NCBI GenBank assembly: GCA_963575745.1
Contig: CAUYUJ010000051.1
Location: forward strand, 1 to 64,000
Direction of reading: 5' to 3'
Origin: Prorocentrum cordatum
Lineage: Eukaryota
DNA: 64,000 bases
Numbering within the stretch: position 1 is the first letter of the stretch; the number at the start of each line of letters is the position of its first letter. Below the pieces are notes generated by a model, which saw only the letters and a list, made by a program, of their open reading frames with translations, was not told the DNA's origin and made no database searches. Both the position numbers and the translations under genes were made by a program. Positions 63,405-64,000 of this stretch are shown here, one piece after another.

Positions 63405-64000
63405 AAGCAGGTTGCCCGTGTGGTCAGCAAGAGAGCGCTCGATGCGGGTGCACCTGAGGCTGCCGTGCGAGCCTCCCGTCAGGACACTGACGCGTTGCGC
63501 CAGCGCGTCAGCCAGGCTCAGGCCAAGTTCGACAAAGCTCAGGAGGCCGCGGCAGCCGAGGCCTTGGCGTACATGGGAGATTGCAAGCAGAACCTCATTC
63601 GTGTCAAGCAGGAGGCCGACGCTGCTGCCGCCAAGGCGGCTGCGGCCTACAGCGCCATGGCCAGTCAGGGTGGGAACATCTCCGTTGCCGCGGCGCTCCA
63701 GCTGATGCAGGGTCCCCTCGCCGCTTTGCAGCAGTCGGCGCTTGATGAAGCCTCCCAGCTCGAGGGGCTCGTGCAGGCTGCCGCGCAGCCTGTGGGCCCC
63801 CCTTGCCCGCCCGCGGCGCCCCCTGCAGGCCAGCCCTCGCAGGCCGACGGGCCGATGGGCCACAGGTGGCGCCCGCCCCCGCGGGCGGCGCGCCTGTTCA
63901 TGCTGGCGGTGGTGGCGCTCCTGGGGCTGGCGGGGCAGGCGGCGGTGCGCAACAGCAGCAGCCTGGGCATGCCGACGTCCCGATGCCCCCCTGCCCCCGA
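63101..64000 (+). pseudogene. SL-headed retrocopy: RanBP2-type zinc finger plus coiled-coil ORF (probable retrotransposon ORF1), disrupted, running off the window
   Basis: MDGFSHWTCPNTRCGNNGNFSWRSTCRVCK; in-frame TGA at 63203-63205; frame continues ...GSWAKGPP...; frameshift in (CT)n at about 63373-63402; then an Ala/Gln-rich helical frame from 63411. Confidence 0.65.

Noticed and set aside
63759..63776. Candidate exon 13 (cag|CTCGAGGGG, LEG)
   Set aside because: It lies within the continuous retrocopy frame and does not extend the host peptide plausibly

Overview
Eukaryotic, GC-rich, repeat-dense DNA, almost certainly from a dinoflagellate. The evidence is a perfect 22-nt DinoSL at 62969-62990 and GC/GA splice donors; a Prorocentrum-like genus is only inferred. 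Most of the window (26-60962) lies inside one + strand gene that the ORF track misses. It has 12 micro-exons (27-96 nt, 597 nt in total) that splice in frame into 199 aa of a coiled-coil protein, across introns of 152 bp to 21 kb with GC (7), GA (4) and GT (1) donors; both gene ends lie outside the called exons. The main discovery is in the 21-kb intron: about 35 sense-strand tandem ~274-bp units, each with a conserved 99-nt box C/D snoRNA-like core whose D' guide is complementary to LSU rRNA (SNORD53-like). The introns also hold a degenerate full-length non-LTR retrotransposon, an SL-headed retrocopy, Helitron/Helentron Pif1-helicase remnants linked to a 159-bp satellite, several MITE families with 2-, 3-, 4- and 5-bp TSDs, an introner-like intron, long trinucleotide tracts and a 100-N gap. 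All calls were made by eye; no searches were run.
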